Assembly: GCA_030295235.1 (NCBI GenBank)
Contig: AP026148.1
Span: 372,001-436,000 of the forward strand
Direction: 5' to 3'
Source: Fistulifera solaris
Taxonomy: Eukaryota
DNA: 64,000 nt
How positions within the stretch are numbered: the first letter of the stretch is position 1; every line of letters starts with the position of its first letter. Below are positions 1-11,100 of the stretch, piece by piece. The notes under the pieces were generated by a model, which was not told the origin of the DNA, did no database searches, and saw only the letters and a list, made by a program, of their open reading frames with translations. The translations under genes were made by a program, and so were the position numbers.

Positions 1-2
1 CG

Positions 3-863
3 CTACACGAATATTCCTTCGATGAGCAACTTGATTCTTTTCTCTCGGTGAAGATCATCAACAAAGTTTTCGGAAATGACGTTCTTCGGGATAGCGAAGA
101 TAACATTATCGCATCTCGCTGCTTGATTGATATGGGAAATCTGGATGCAGACGACATTAAAGGCCAAATTGAAGCGCTGGAAGATCAAGAACGAATCACC
201 AACGAGCAACCAGTTAACGAAGGAAAAGCGCGCAAAGCCTTCTTCACGTACTCGAGAGCCTACAATATCTGGGAGTTTTACGCTACATCCGTGAGTCAGC
301 TCACCTCCTCGGCTGTTACGGGTGTCATCGCAGTGAGTCTCGTCACTGTTTTCATGATTCCCCATTACACTTCAGTGTTTGTCGTCTTCCCAGTCATGTG
401 CGTCCTTTATATTGACATGCTTGGTGTGATGCAATGGGCCGGAGTGGCGATTAATCCTGTCTCGTACGTTGCTTTGTCGATGTCGATCGGACTCATTGTT
501 GACTTCTTGATGCACGTCTTGTTGAGGTACTATGAGTCTGAGGGTAATCGCCGCGAAAAAGTGATTGAAACGTTAACATCGATGGGCTCTTCTATCATGC
601 TCGGGGGTATCACCACGTTTTTGGGAACGGTCCCACTAGTGTTCAGCACCAGCGAAATCTTTTATATCATCTTCGTCGCCTTCATGGCGCTGGTGCTTCT
701 CGGAGTAAGTCATGGTATCATTTTATTGCCGGTAATTCTCTCGCTGGTCGGAACCGAAGAGCGAGTGTCTACCAAGGCCACGAGGACGAAAGATCCTGCA
801 GCTCTTGACAACAAAACACCTCATCCCGAACCTCTTTCGGATGCTGAAGGTCACGCACAATAG
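3..863 (+). CDS. 3' part of a Patched/Niemann-Pick C1-like sterol-sensing RND membrane protein (5' end lies outside the window)
   Basis: Frame is open from the window edge. Several TM helices with NPC1/Patched C-terminal motifs: INPVSYVALSMSIGLIVDF..H, MGSSIMLGGITTFLG, HGIILLPVILSLVG. Confidence 0.85.
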   Translation, partial: LHEYSFDEQLDSFLSVKIINKVFGNDVLRDSEDNIIASRCLIDMGNLDADDIKGQIEALEDQERITNEQPVNEGKARKAFFTYSRAYNIWEFYATSVSQLTSSAVTGVIAVSLVTVFMIPHYTSVFVVFPVMCVLYIDMLGVMQWAGVAINPVSYVALSMSIGLIVDFLMHVLLRYYESEGNRREKVIETLTSMGSSIMLGGITTFLGTVPLVFSTSEIFYIIFVAFMALVLLGVSHGIILLPVILSLVGTEERVSTKATRTKDPAALDNKTPHPEPLSDAEGHAQ

Positions 864-1294
864 TAAAAATTGTAAAAGAAATACTTTATCTTGAAACAAT
901 CTTGAGACCACCCCAGAAAGTATTTCGCATTTCGCATTAAACCTGTTCGCCCAGAATTAGTTCTCGTTGCAGTCCTAAAGAGGAAGTATTATATCCCGTT
1001 TCCCATGGCTGGCAATGGATCTCTCGGGCCATGGGCTCTGTAATTTTCGGTGCGCTTCCAGGCATTGGGTAACAGCTAAAAATCAAGAATCATTTCTTCG
1101 TACAAGTAGCTCAAATCGTTTACGAGAAGGTCCCGAAATGAGACCCGTGTACCCGGGACTAACAATTGCTTCCATTACTTTGTTTTTCGTAGTAAATTCG
1201 ATTTTGTCGACGTGTGCTCGAGTGCATTAAGATGTCTTCTATTCTAAAGAACCAGGTACATAAGAAGCAAACTAATCTAACACTCTACATAGCA

Positions 1295-2084
1295 ATGACA
1301 GGACGGATTCAAATCGTTGTCTTTATGAGACACGGCATAGCTGTTCACAACCTACGAGATTCTAGAAAAGATCCTGCGCCCGATCATCGCGATGCTCGAT
1401 TTTGGGATCCTCCGCTGGTGTATCAGGGGGTGGTGCGGGCTGTGGAGGCGGGAATGAATGTTCAACGATGGATGCAGGCGCATACGAAGCGTCGTAGAAT
1501 CGAGCTTTTCGTAACGTCTCCGTTGACCAGATGCCTACAAACGACGACGCTCGCTTTCATCAGAGGCGACGATTACGAGCATCCGCCTCCTCCGATTGTC
1601 TGTGTCGAAGATGTCCGCGAAGCTTATGGTATTTATTATCCAGATAAAAGAAGAGAAAAGTCCAAATTAAAAGTAAGTGGGGTTAATGTAGCCGCTGTCC
1701 GCTTTCATCTGGTTGTTTTTACTGATGTCTCTTTCTTGGCTCGTTCCTCGCGTCAAGAGCGTGTGGCCACAAGTCGAGTTCTCCGAATGCATGACCGAAC
1801 ACGACGACGATTGGAAAGAAGATAGGCGTGAGAATTTCGCAGACGTAAATGCTCGCGTGGATCGTTTCCTGACGTGGTTAGTACGAAGGCACGAATCTCA
1901 GATTGTTGTCGTCACACACGGTGTATGGATGGAGTCTCTCTTTCGAGTTCACTGCAGTACAGCTTTGCGTGAAGATCAACGCGTTCATAATTGCGATGCG
2001 TTTGCGTGTGAAATTGTGTCAAAAGATGGCGTTTTTCAGCAAATCGGGAGGACGCAGCATGTTTCGGGCTTCTCAAATCACTAG
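1295..2084 (+). CDS. Histidine phosphatase / phosphoglycerate mutase-like protein, 2 exons (intron 1673-1757)
   Basis: RHG catalytic motif (FMRHG), SPLTRCLQT and VVVTHG. The GTAAGT...AG phase-0 intron joins ORFs 1214-1825 and 1713-2084 in frame. Confidence 0.88.
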
Positions 2085-2293
2085 CACTACTTACGGTTTT
2101 ATGCTGCGTGCTGACTCTCGCGTGTGAAACGTCTGACATAACCTAGAACCCGAACAAACTTAGGATTTGAGGAATGTCGGCTTGTAAACTTTGGGAAAGC
2201 CGAGCAAGCCCACATGTGCACCGTCTCTCACCAGCTTCGAAATGGGAGCAGAAAGTTGTCAATATACCTCTTTATTGCAGAGCCGATCTGGGG

Positions 2294-4000
2294 TCATGTG
2301 CATTCATCAGCCATGAGTAGAGCACCTTGTCTCGCATAAATGCCACCCGCAAAAAAGACAACTGCAATACCAGCCTGTGGTAACGATGTTAAGCTTTTGT
2401 GGGAGTTCAGAATGAAAAAAGGACAACACCACTTTAAACTTACTGCACAGTATCCTGCTGATACATAGATATGGAACTCTTTCGGGTTAGGAAATAGCAA
2501 AGCCAAGGCAAACGACAGAAGCTGAAAGAAAGCGTTCAAGCTCTGTTGTGTTCCCCCAACTTGGCCCCGGATTCCAGCAGGAACTGGTCATAATCAAATT
2601 AGTTTGTAAAAAAATAAAGGCCAAATATCCATCTCACACGTCATTCACGTACTGTATTGCTGCATCAGTTGTGTTACGCTGATGTCAAATACCCATAGAC
2701 CGATACGGCTGCAGCAAACACCTCCAATCAATAAACTCGTCGATGTCAAGTAATCCTTGACGAAAAGAGACGAAAAACTAACGGATATACAACAAAATTG
2801 ATAAAGGATACTCCACATGCCCGTGTTGATGAGCGTCGTACGATTGACGGAAAAGTGGAATACAAATGTCCCGCACAAACCAACGGCGGCTGAAATTCCT
2901 CGCCATATGCCAACCGTCTCCAAACGCATTCCTCTCCACGCCAAATAGCCCGTCATGAGTCCACCGAAGGTGAGAGCATTCAAGTATCTAGGAGCAGCGT
3001 GAAGTTGTGTGTCAGCAAAGGCATTTCGATACCCAAATTCTTATTAGGGCAGTGTCAACTTACAACAAGGAAAGGCCGAGACCAGCCCACGCCACATCTT
3101 GCTTCATATATATTATCAGGGCAGAAGGAAGTCCGATCCTTCGACAGTTCTTATTTGTGAACTCACTCTCCGGAACCGCCGCCCGATGCGTCCTTTCGGC
3201 TAGTTTCGGAATGAGATGGTAGATCCGATAGGTGCAAGAGTATTCCACCATCAAGGCCGCTATATTAACAGCACCTACCACCAGTGCGGCACTGGCTAAA
3301 TCACTACCGCCAGTTTGCTGCTGCGACGACGAGTCGTCAAACGCCCCCAGAACCAGTCCGGCGAGGGCGGGTGCAACGATTCGACAACTCAGATCGATCT
3401 GTTTCATCATGACATTGGTCTCGGATAACCATTTTTGTGTCTGTGGAGACCCTTTCGGACCCACTTCTTGACTCATAATCACCACCCAGTCTCGTTCGAT
3501 GGCGACTAAGAAACCGGCATCTAGTATACTGGCCACCGAACCCCAAAAATGAATGCCAACGAGTAAGAAGACGGACCAAGGCGTCACCGTAGAAAAGGTT
3601 TGCTCCGCTATCGCAGTATCCAAGTGATGGAGTAGCAGATAGCACAAGATCGTCGCCGTGACGACACTGAGATTTTCGGTCCAAATGAAAAACGTCGCGG
3701 CAAAGAGTCGATTCGATCCATCCACAAATCGACCCGCTTTGGCGCCCAGCAAGAAAATACTCAACCCTGACGTCACCCCATACGTTGAGATGAGAAAGAG
3801 TGACTGGTAATTGGTAAAGGCCGCCAAAAACAAAATGAGAGCAAACTGCCAAGCAGCTTCCGAGAATTGAGCAAAAAGTGAGACAAATAGAGAAGTCGGC
3901 GGGCCTTTTTCAAAAGCTCTCCGCCCGTTTCGTTTCTGGTAATGAGTTCACTTGTTTCATTCAAGCTACGAGTGTGTTGTTGTGTGGTTGGTAATGCCAT
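2294..4000 (-). CDS. Ferroportin (SLC40/IREG) family MFS metal exporter; introns ~2988-3063, ~2584-2652 and probably ~2375-2443; one T-run frameshift near 3873
   Basis: Restored N-terminus LYLSHFFAQFSEAAWQFA, VAIERDWVV, MKQIDLSCRIVAP, YLNALTFGGLMT, SRIGLWVFDISVTQLMQ and RGQVGGTQQSLN are ferroportin signatures. Confidence 0.9.
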
Positions 4001-4384
4001 TCTTATTCATGTTGTTTCGGCAATGGGCAGTTGTGTGTCGTGAGTTTGTGTCGCGCCTAAAAAAAGTTCATTGAGGACAGCCCTAGCCCTCAACCTTAAT
4101 GTGTCGGGTCTTATTATCTTTACTAAGGCGACAAAGATTGGTATTCTCGAGAAGTCTTTATGGCAATTCTAGCGGACCCCAAAGAGCAGTATGCTCTATC
4201 GCTGATACCTTATCAAAGTTAATAAGGAAGAAGAACAACGCAACGACGATTTCTTTTGGTAAAACATCTGTTGTATTGAAAGATCTAGTCAGGGGCTTGT
4301 CCTACAGCTTACCTGCGATAGGCCTTCACAAAAAAAATACAAGTACTAGCTCCTTAAAAAGAATAGCGTTCATCAAAACAATCT

Positions 4385-4843
4385 CTACTCTACCCTCGAA
4401 TCGATGGAGGAAAGGCATGCTCGCCAGACTTGATCTCGAACGGCCGGCTGTCCGGCAAAGTCCGCCAGAGTCGCGCGAAACGCCTCGGGACTGTCAAAAT
4501 TTGTTGCCGAAGCACCCGCCTGCTTCAGAATACTGTACACTTGTTCCACCAGCTGACGCTTGTGAACATCGTTGACGCGGAGAATCTGTTGCACGGCACC
4601 GTCGTAGTCACCCGCACTGAAAAAACCTGCCAAGCTGCCCACAATTCCGCCCAACAAACCTCCCACCGGTCCAAAGAGTAGACCTCCGGCTACTGCGCCT
4701 CCTCCGGCCATGAGGCCTTGTTTCAGGGATTGGGTTCCGGTCTTGCGCATGTCCTGGTTGTTTTGGAGAAATTCCGTCAATTCGTGGAAAGAAAATTCCA
4801 CCGTAGGATTCGGAATCGGTTCGGCGGCCGGGTAATCGTCCAT
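4385..4843 (-). CDS. C19orf12-like glycine-zipper membrane protein
   Basis: 152 aa with central GGAVAGGLLFGPVGGLLGGIVGSLAG glycine zipper; length and flanking helices match the C19orf12 family layout. Confidence 0.7.
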   Translation of the reverse strand: MDDYPAAEPIPNPTVEFSFHELTEFLQNNQDMRKTGTQSLKQGLMAGGGAVAGGLLFGPVGGLLGGIVGSLAGFFSAGDYDGAVQQILRVNDVHKRQLVEQVYSILKQAGASATNFDSPEAFRATLADFAGQPAVRDQVWRACLSSIDSRVE

Positions 4844-5184
4844 TGTGGTGTAATAATGAATGTAAGGTTGTCAGTTACCGGGTTTGTTCAAATTAATAAG
4901 GTTGTTTGTTTTAAAATAATGATATATTAGTAAACTAGAAGGGACACCATGTTTTCATGGGATTGAAAAAAACGCACCATCAGCGTGATCGACGTGCTAC
5001 ATCGAACACGTTTTATGACCTTGTCTTTCCAATACCGATGCGCTAATACGTCAATTTACAGCTGCCTCACATGCTCACAAGTGAAGTCTTCCCTTTTTCG
5101 TCCAGTGCGGTTTGACAAGAGAACGTTCTTGATTTGAAGATGTTCATAACTTTTCAATAATTGCATCACATTATTAACTCAATA

Positions 5185-8100
5185 TTATCCTGACGCCAGG
5201 AGCTTCTTTTCCGGTCCTCCTCCGTCGGTCAAAAAGTAATCGGCTTTTTGCTCGTGTCCCGTTATCAAAAGCGAATGATCCTGAGATTTGTATTTGCTCC
5301 ATTCGGGAATTCCGCTCAAAATGAGTTTGAATTTAGGGCCAAAGCCAGGGTCTTTCGTGAGAAGTTTTAACAAGGCGATACTGTGGACCTTGGCTCCAGT
5401 GGCGTCGCGGATCTTCAAAAGATCCGGATTTTCCAAAACTTGATAAATCAAGAATTCGCAAAGTTCACACGCTAGTGCTTGCTGTAAAAGCGAAACGCGG
5501 CCATGTGCTGCTCCGGGTGCTGCTGTCGTGGAGACAGCTCTTTGTTCGGCTGCAATCATTGGATCCTCTCGCGTTCGGGCATCGATGCCACTTCCCTCAA
5601 CCGTCGTGGGACGATCCTGCTGCGCCGGTGCCGGTGTGTACTCCTGTACTGTCTCAACGTTGACACCAAATGTTGAAGGCATGGTGGGTTCCGAAATTGT
5701 TGAAATCGAATCTTCGGCGAGAAAAGGAGACGGTGAGACTATAGCAGGTTTAATAGGGTTGCCTTGTTGGAAGTTTCCTTGTTTTACATGCTGATACGGA
5801 CCCATGACAGGTTGTGGCTGCTGTTGGTTCTGGATTCCCATCTGAGAACCGTAGTACATTCCCTCTTGTAGTGGCTGACTAGGCATGGCGTACAACTGTT
5901 CATTCTGCTGAATATGATTCGTTTGAGAAGATTCAGGATAAGGAGAAGGTTGTCCCACAAAGGTTCTGGCTTGAGGATTCTGTTCGTGAGAGAGCGGTTG
6001 GAAGTTTCTGGTGTGGGTGTTATTGTAAAGAGCTCCGCTGCTTCTAGAAACGTAACCTCCTTGCATAGGTTGTTGAGAGTGCTGTCCATTAGTCTGTGGC
6101 GACGCGGAGTAGCCGCTGTAAGGCCGGTTTGCGCTAGGTGGATGCGTTGGCTGCTGCATGCCGTAAGAATGATTTGTTTTGGAATGCGTCGGCTGCTGAA
6201 TGTTGGGTCCAGTGCTAAACAGGGCAGAGGTATATTTGTGCTGTGGCTGTGCTTGTTGACTTTGATTTTGTGAGTTTAACGAGCCATGAACTTGTTGCGA
6301 CACATATGACTGCGGGACATGAACTTGCCGGATTGCAGTAAACTGCTGGGGTGGTTGCACCTGGTGCTGTGAGGCTGTGTGTTGAATATTGGGTTGTGAA
6401 AACGATGATGATGAAGCTGGTTGGTATTCGTAGCTTGCTGCTGCCTGATACGAATGGATAAAGTTGTTTGACACAGGATGTTGCTGCTGATACGCCAACT
6501 GATCGTGCATAGGTCGAGATGGACTCCTAATAGAGGCTTGGACTTGCACATGCCCTGCAACCGATTGAGGAGGATAGGTTCCATATTGGACACCTGGAGT
6601 AGAAGATTGCGGTGCGACGTTTGTTTGCATGGGATATTGCGCTTGTACATAGCTAGTCTTACTTGTTGTAGCATTTCCTGTCGGGCCATGGGACGTTCCT
6701 GTGCCTGTGGGTAACGTTCCCATAATTGCAAGCGGGTCATCGCATGCATCAACTCGTTTACGTACTGGCCCTTCCCCTGGTGATGCCGATGGCCGCAGTG
6801 GCTGTTGAAATTCACGCCTTGTAGTAAATACACTGGTCTTGCATTTGTCAACATCTCCAAGGCCAATTTCATAAATTCTCTTCAACGCTTCGATCATGAA
6901 CGCCGAGTCCTCGTGTAGTCCTTCCAAGTTAATGGCGCTTTTCATATAGCTGACAATGCCTGCTTTAGTATTTCCCTGCCCACAAGATGCTAGAGCTTCG
7001 ACGTTAACCAGCCGAGACGCAGCAACGTGAATTAATCGAACCACAGACAGGAGAGGTGAACCTAAAAGTTTTCGATGCAAAAGGGAATTCAACAAGTCCA
7101 CCATTTGGGGAACATAGCCCCAATCAGCAAATTTCTCGCAGAGCGTATCTCGAGTTTTACAAAGATAGACGATTGCCGTTGTAACGCTGTTTAACACGTC
7201 GCAGTTTGCTTCGGCGACGACTACAGTGCTTTGAGAGGATTCGATGACAGCGGAGGGCGAGGAACAAAAAGTCTCTAGCTCTTTCTTCCATCGCTGTAGG
7301 AGATGTTCTAAAAACGATGAAGAATCTCGCAGCTGGAACGTCGGCTCTTTGAGAAAACGAGAAACGTAAACACCGCCGATGTATAACTCTCTCTCAAGGC
7401 GTTGGTAGCTCACGAATGTATCTGGTGGAATCGTATAATTCTCAGTTTTTCCGCCCAGGGCCTTCTTTGTTGCTACCATGGTATCTAGAAGCTCACAGAG
7501 CACTCTTCGGATTTCTGCTCGCATGGAGCCGTCCCAGATGAGCTCTGGTGTATCAGCATTGGAATCAAAAGCTTCAAGCATTAGTTCCGGTCCCTCTTTT
7601 AACTTAAAAATTAAAGTCCGCGGAAGGAAACGCGTCAAAAGATTATCTGTTGTTCGACTGTGTTAGATAAAAGCAATAACAAATCGAGCTCCCGTTCATT
7701 ATTATCGTACCAATAAGTGTCCCCGCCAAGGGATCCCATATCATCTTCGAAAGTGTCTTGGCTGCTCCTACTCGGGAACTCCAGGTCTTTGTGAACTGGG
7801 AGTAACCCACGACGACACCGAGTAGTTCCAACCAAATGCTCGACGAGACAATTTGTGAGGCTATAATTTGAGAAGAAGAAAGAGCTTCGAGAACCATCCA
7901 ACCGATATTCTTCCGCTTCGAGTCTTTCTTTTCGCCACCATCTGAAGAGTTTTCAGTTTCATGTAGGTCGGGACTCTCAATAAGATCCACAAGTCTCCAG
8001 AGAACACCCTCATTGGCCACCGACTTCGCAAACGAATGATTAGAACTAATAATAGACAAAGCCTCAGCTCCAGAGTCAAATACCTATCACGAAAGGTTAG

Positions 8101-11100
8101 TGTTTAGCAATATCTCGCGCATCAAGAATCACATGGTCTCACCTCTAATTCCTCCGGAACATTTAGCAAGCTTACAAAAAGCGAAACGACGAGCGCGGGG
8201 CTTTCCTCTATGGCGCTGGTCACGATTCCGTCCACTCGACAAAGTGCGACAAGGGAGGTTACTACGAGCAAAAATGCCTCTGATTCTACATAACATCCTT
8301 CGTTTTGCTCAGCTGGTAGACCAAAGCTAGCTAGATCTTGCACCAACTTCGACTTGTTAAGGCTAAAGGCAAGGTATCGACACAATGCAACGCAGAAAGT
8401 GACAGGATTCGGAATCTTTCCTAGCGCCTCCTTGCCGTGCTTGTTGAAGACCCTGAGATAAACGCCTCCTACCTTCACTTCTCGCTTTAGCTCTTCGTAG
8501 CAAAAATTGCTGACAACTCTAAACTCTTCTTCTACCGTTGCATACACCGTAAATGGTCTTTTTTTCTTCCACGGATTCGACAAATTTTTCCAAGTATTTT
8601 TGCATCGAAGACTTCCAGATAATAGTTGCTGTTTCCGTGTTAGAGTTGACAACACGGAGGATTTCGTGGCTGCGCTGGTTTCTTAACATCAAAGCTACTG
8701 GATCGGTCAATAAAATTTGTAACGCGGACAAAACATCCGCCCTTACTGGCGAGTTTTCAATGGAGCCCGACAGCATGCCGAGAGCTCGTACCGAGTTCTT
8801 CGCAGGAATATTTATCATCGACGGTACGTCTTCCCCGTTGGCATTATTTCCTTCTAACTCCGCAGTCACATCGAAAGTCATAGTAGCTCGAATCAAAGGC
8901 CAAATTATACCGCTTTTGGCAAGTTTTTCTTGTAAAATACCGTCCCTTGCCATATTAGCAACACATTCAATTGCAAACACTTTCGTTTGTTCTTCATCGT
9001 CGCTCGGCTGACCATTGAGATTCAATGTACCATCAATACAACGCCGAAGATCAAAGAAAATGACTTCTTGTTTATCCATGGACTTTGCTGCGCTCCTTCC
9101 ACTCTCATAGTACATAATGCCGGAAAGTGTTTGAACGGTAAACCGTATAATACGGCTTAAAATTTCAAGAATCTCGCTGCTCTGTCCTGACTTCTTTACA
9201 GCACGCAGCGAGAAAATGGAAAACGTAAGAAGAGAAGTCAGGCAAGGAACGCCTTCTTCAAGGACCAGCTCTTCTGCATTGAGCGGTGACACGAGGCAAG
9301 TTCGGAATACCAACTCCGTCGTCATCTGAATGAGTTCAGCAATTTCTTTTTTCAAAAAGGAACATTTCAAAATCTGATCGTCATTCTCATTTTCAAGCAT
9401 TTTGTTATAGGAAGATGGAAGGTTGAGGCACGACAAAAGAACTTGATAAGCAGGGTATTTATACCGTCTCATTTCCTTCTCGTATCGTCGACAAATGAGC
9501 AGTTGAGCTTGTATCAAAATCTGGATGTTTTTCATCGAGGCGATAAAGAAGAGCCCATCGTGTGCCTCGGCATCAAGGTTCGGATCAGAAGTGCCATCAA
9601 ACGGAGCAATCTTGCCCCCGCCTTCCAATAGAGGTTGCAACAATTCGTAAGAAGCCTGAATAGACTCAAACATGTCCCTACCTGAGGGATTCTTGTCTGG
9701 GTGGTATACACGAGCGAGCCGTCGATAGGCTTTTCGCAACTCCTTGATACTGTCCCCCACTTTGAGTTCCAAAATTTGACGCGCACGATCTTGCGCATCT
9801 TCGCTACTTCCATATTCCTCACTCAAAAACTTTTTGAAATGCTCTAGACACGATCGAAACACTTCGACTGGTTCAGCCATAGGCCAATCAGGGAAACGAC
9901 CTTCGTCGCACAGGTTACAAAGATAATAGTTGTGACAGAAAACCTCTTTTTCGAGGCGAGGGTACGCAACACCCGGCATCGGACAGTACTCGTAGTCAGT
10001 TCCGTTGTTTTGGAAGAGTCGCAACGGAAAATCACCTAGATGCTGCCGAGTCATTTCGATTAGATGCTTCCTCATTTCAAACGTCCAGATTACTTCTGGT
10101 GTGTCGGAACCACCGACAAACACGTCGGCAAACCGCTCTGGTCCATAGTTTACTAATACATGAAGAAGACCTTCAGGTAAGAGTTGTCCAAGGATGCTCC
10201 GCTCTTTCAGTGGAATCTCATCTTGTCCAGCTGCTGCTGAAAATCCTGATCTGAAGTGCTGTTCTAGGTGGGTTGCATGGAGTAGCTTGGCTATCCCTTT
10301 GAAATTGTTTCCTTGGTAGCAACACGCAAAAAAGAAAACGCCAGTTAAATATAGCTTCTGGATGGCGCGATCGTTCTGTCGAGTGATTTTGTAAACAAGG
10401 TCAGCTGCTTGATCCACTAAGTCTGAGTTATTGCAAAGAAGAGCCTGGCATAAGGTTGCTAGTGGGTTTGCGTCGTTATTCGGTGCCCTAGTCGAAAGAA
10501 TTCGCTTCGATATTGGGATGGGCATATATGGAACGCCCCTGTTGTCGACACTCTTGTGCAAATCTACTATTCTTGTAAGCGCTTTGAGTGCCAGTCTCGC
10601 AACATCAGCAGGGGCGAAGATAACGCTACTTCCAGCGTCAGTGCAGAGAGTCCATCGTAATTGCCAAACGCTATCAAGTCTTTTCCATTTACCCGTATCA
10701 ATCTGAGTTTCATCGACAACATCAGAATGGTCATCAATGTCGTACTCCTCGACATGGGCAGTTGTCACCAAGTCATACTGACTCAAAAACCCCGAATCCA
10801 TCATTTGACGTAAGTTCGAAAGACGAAAAGGGCCCCGAATTTTCTCTGGGGGTGGAGGTATCTTGGCTGTTGAAGCAACATACCACACAGGAGGGCAGAC
10901 CATATCACTAGATACTTGAGCTGATTGTTGCGCTGCGGCTGAAATATCGGAACCATCTGTGATAAGAATATCTTTGGTTCCGAGCGACAAAGCGCGACTC
11001 AGTGAATTAGAAATGATTTGGCTGCGATCGGTGTGAGCCCAAGCCACGAACTGACAGAGTTGGCTTATACTTTCGATGTTCAACAGTTGTTCAGCATTCT

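Noticed and set aside
4081..4098. Telomere-like CCCTAG-CCCTCA-ACCTTA
   Set aside because: Only three degenerate units, compatible with chance.
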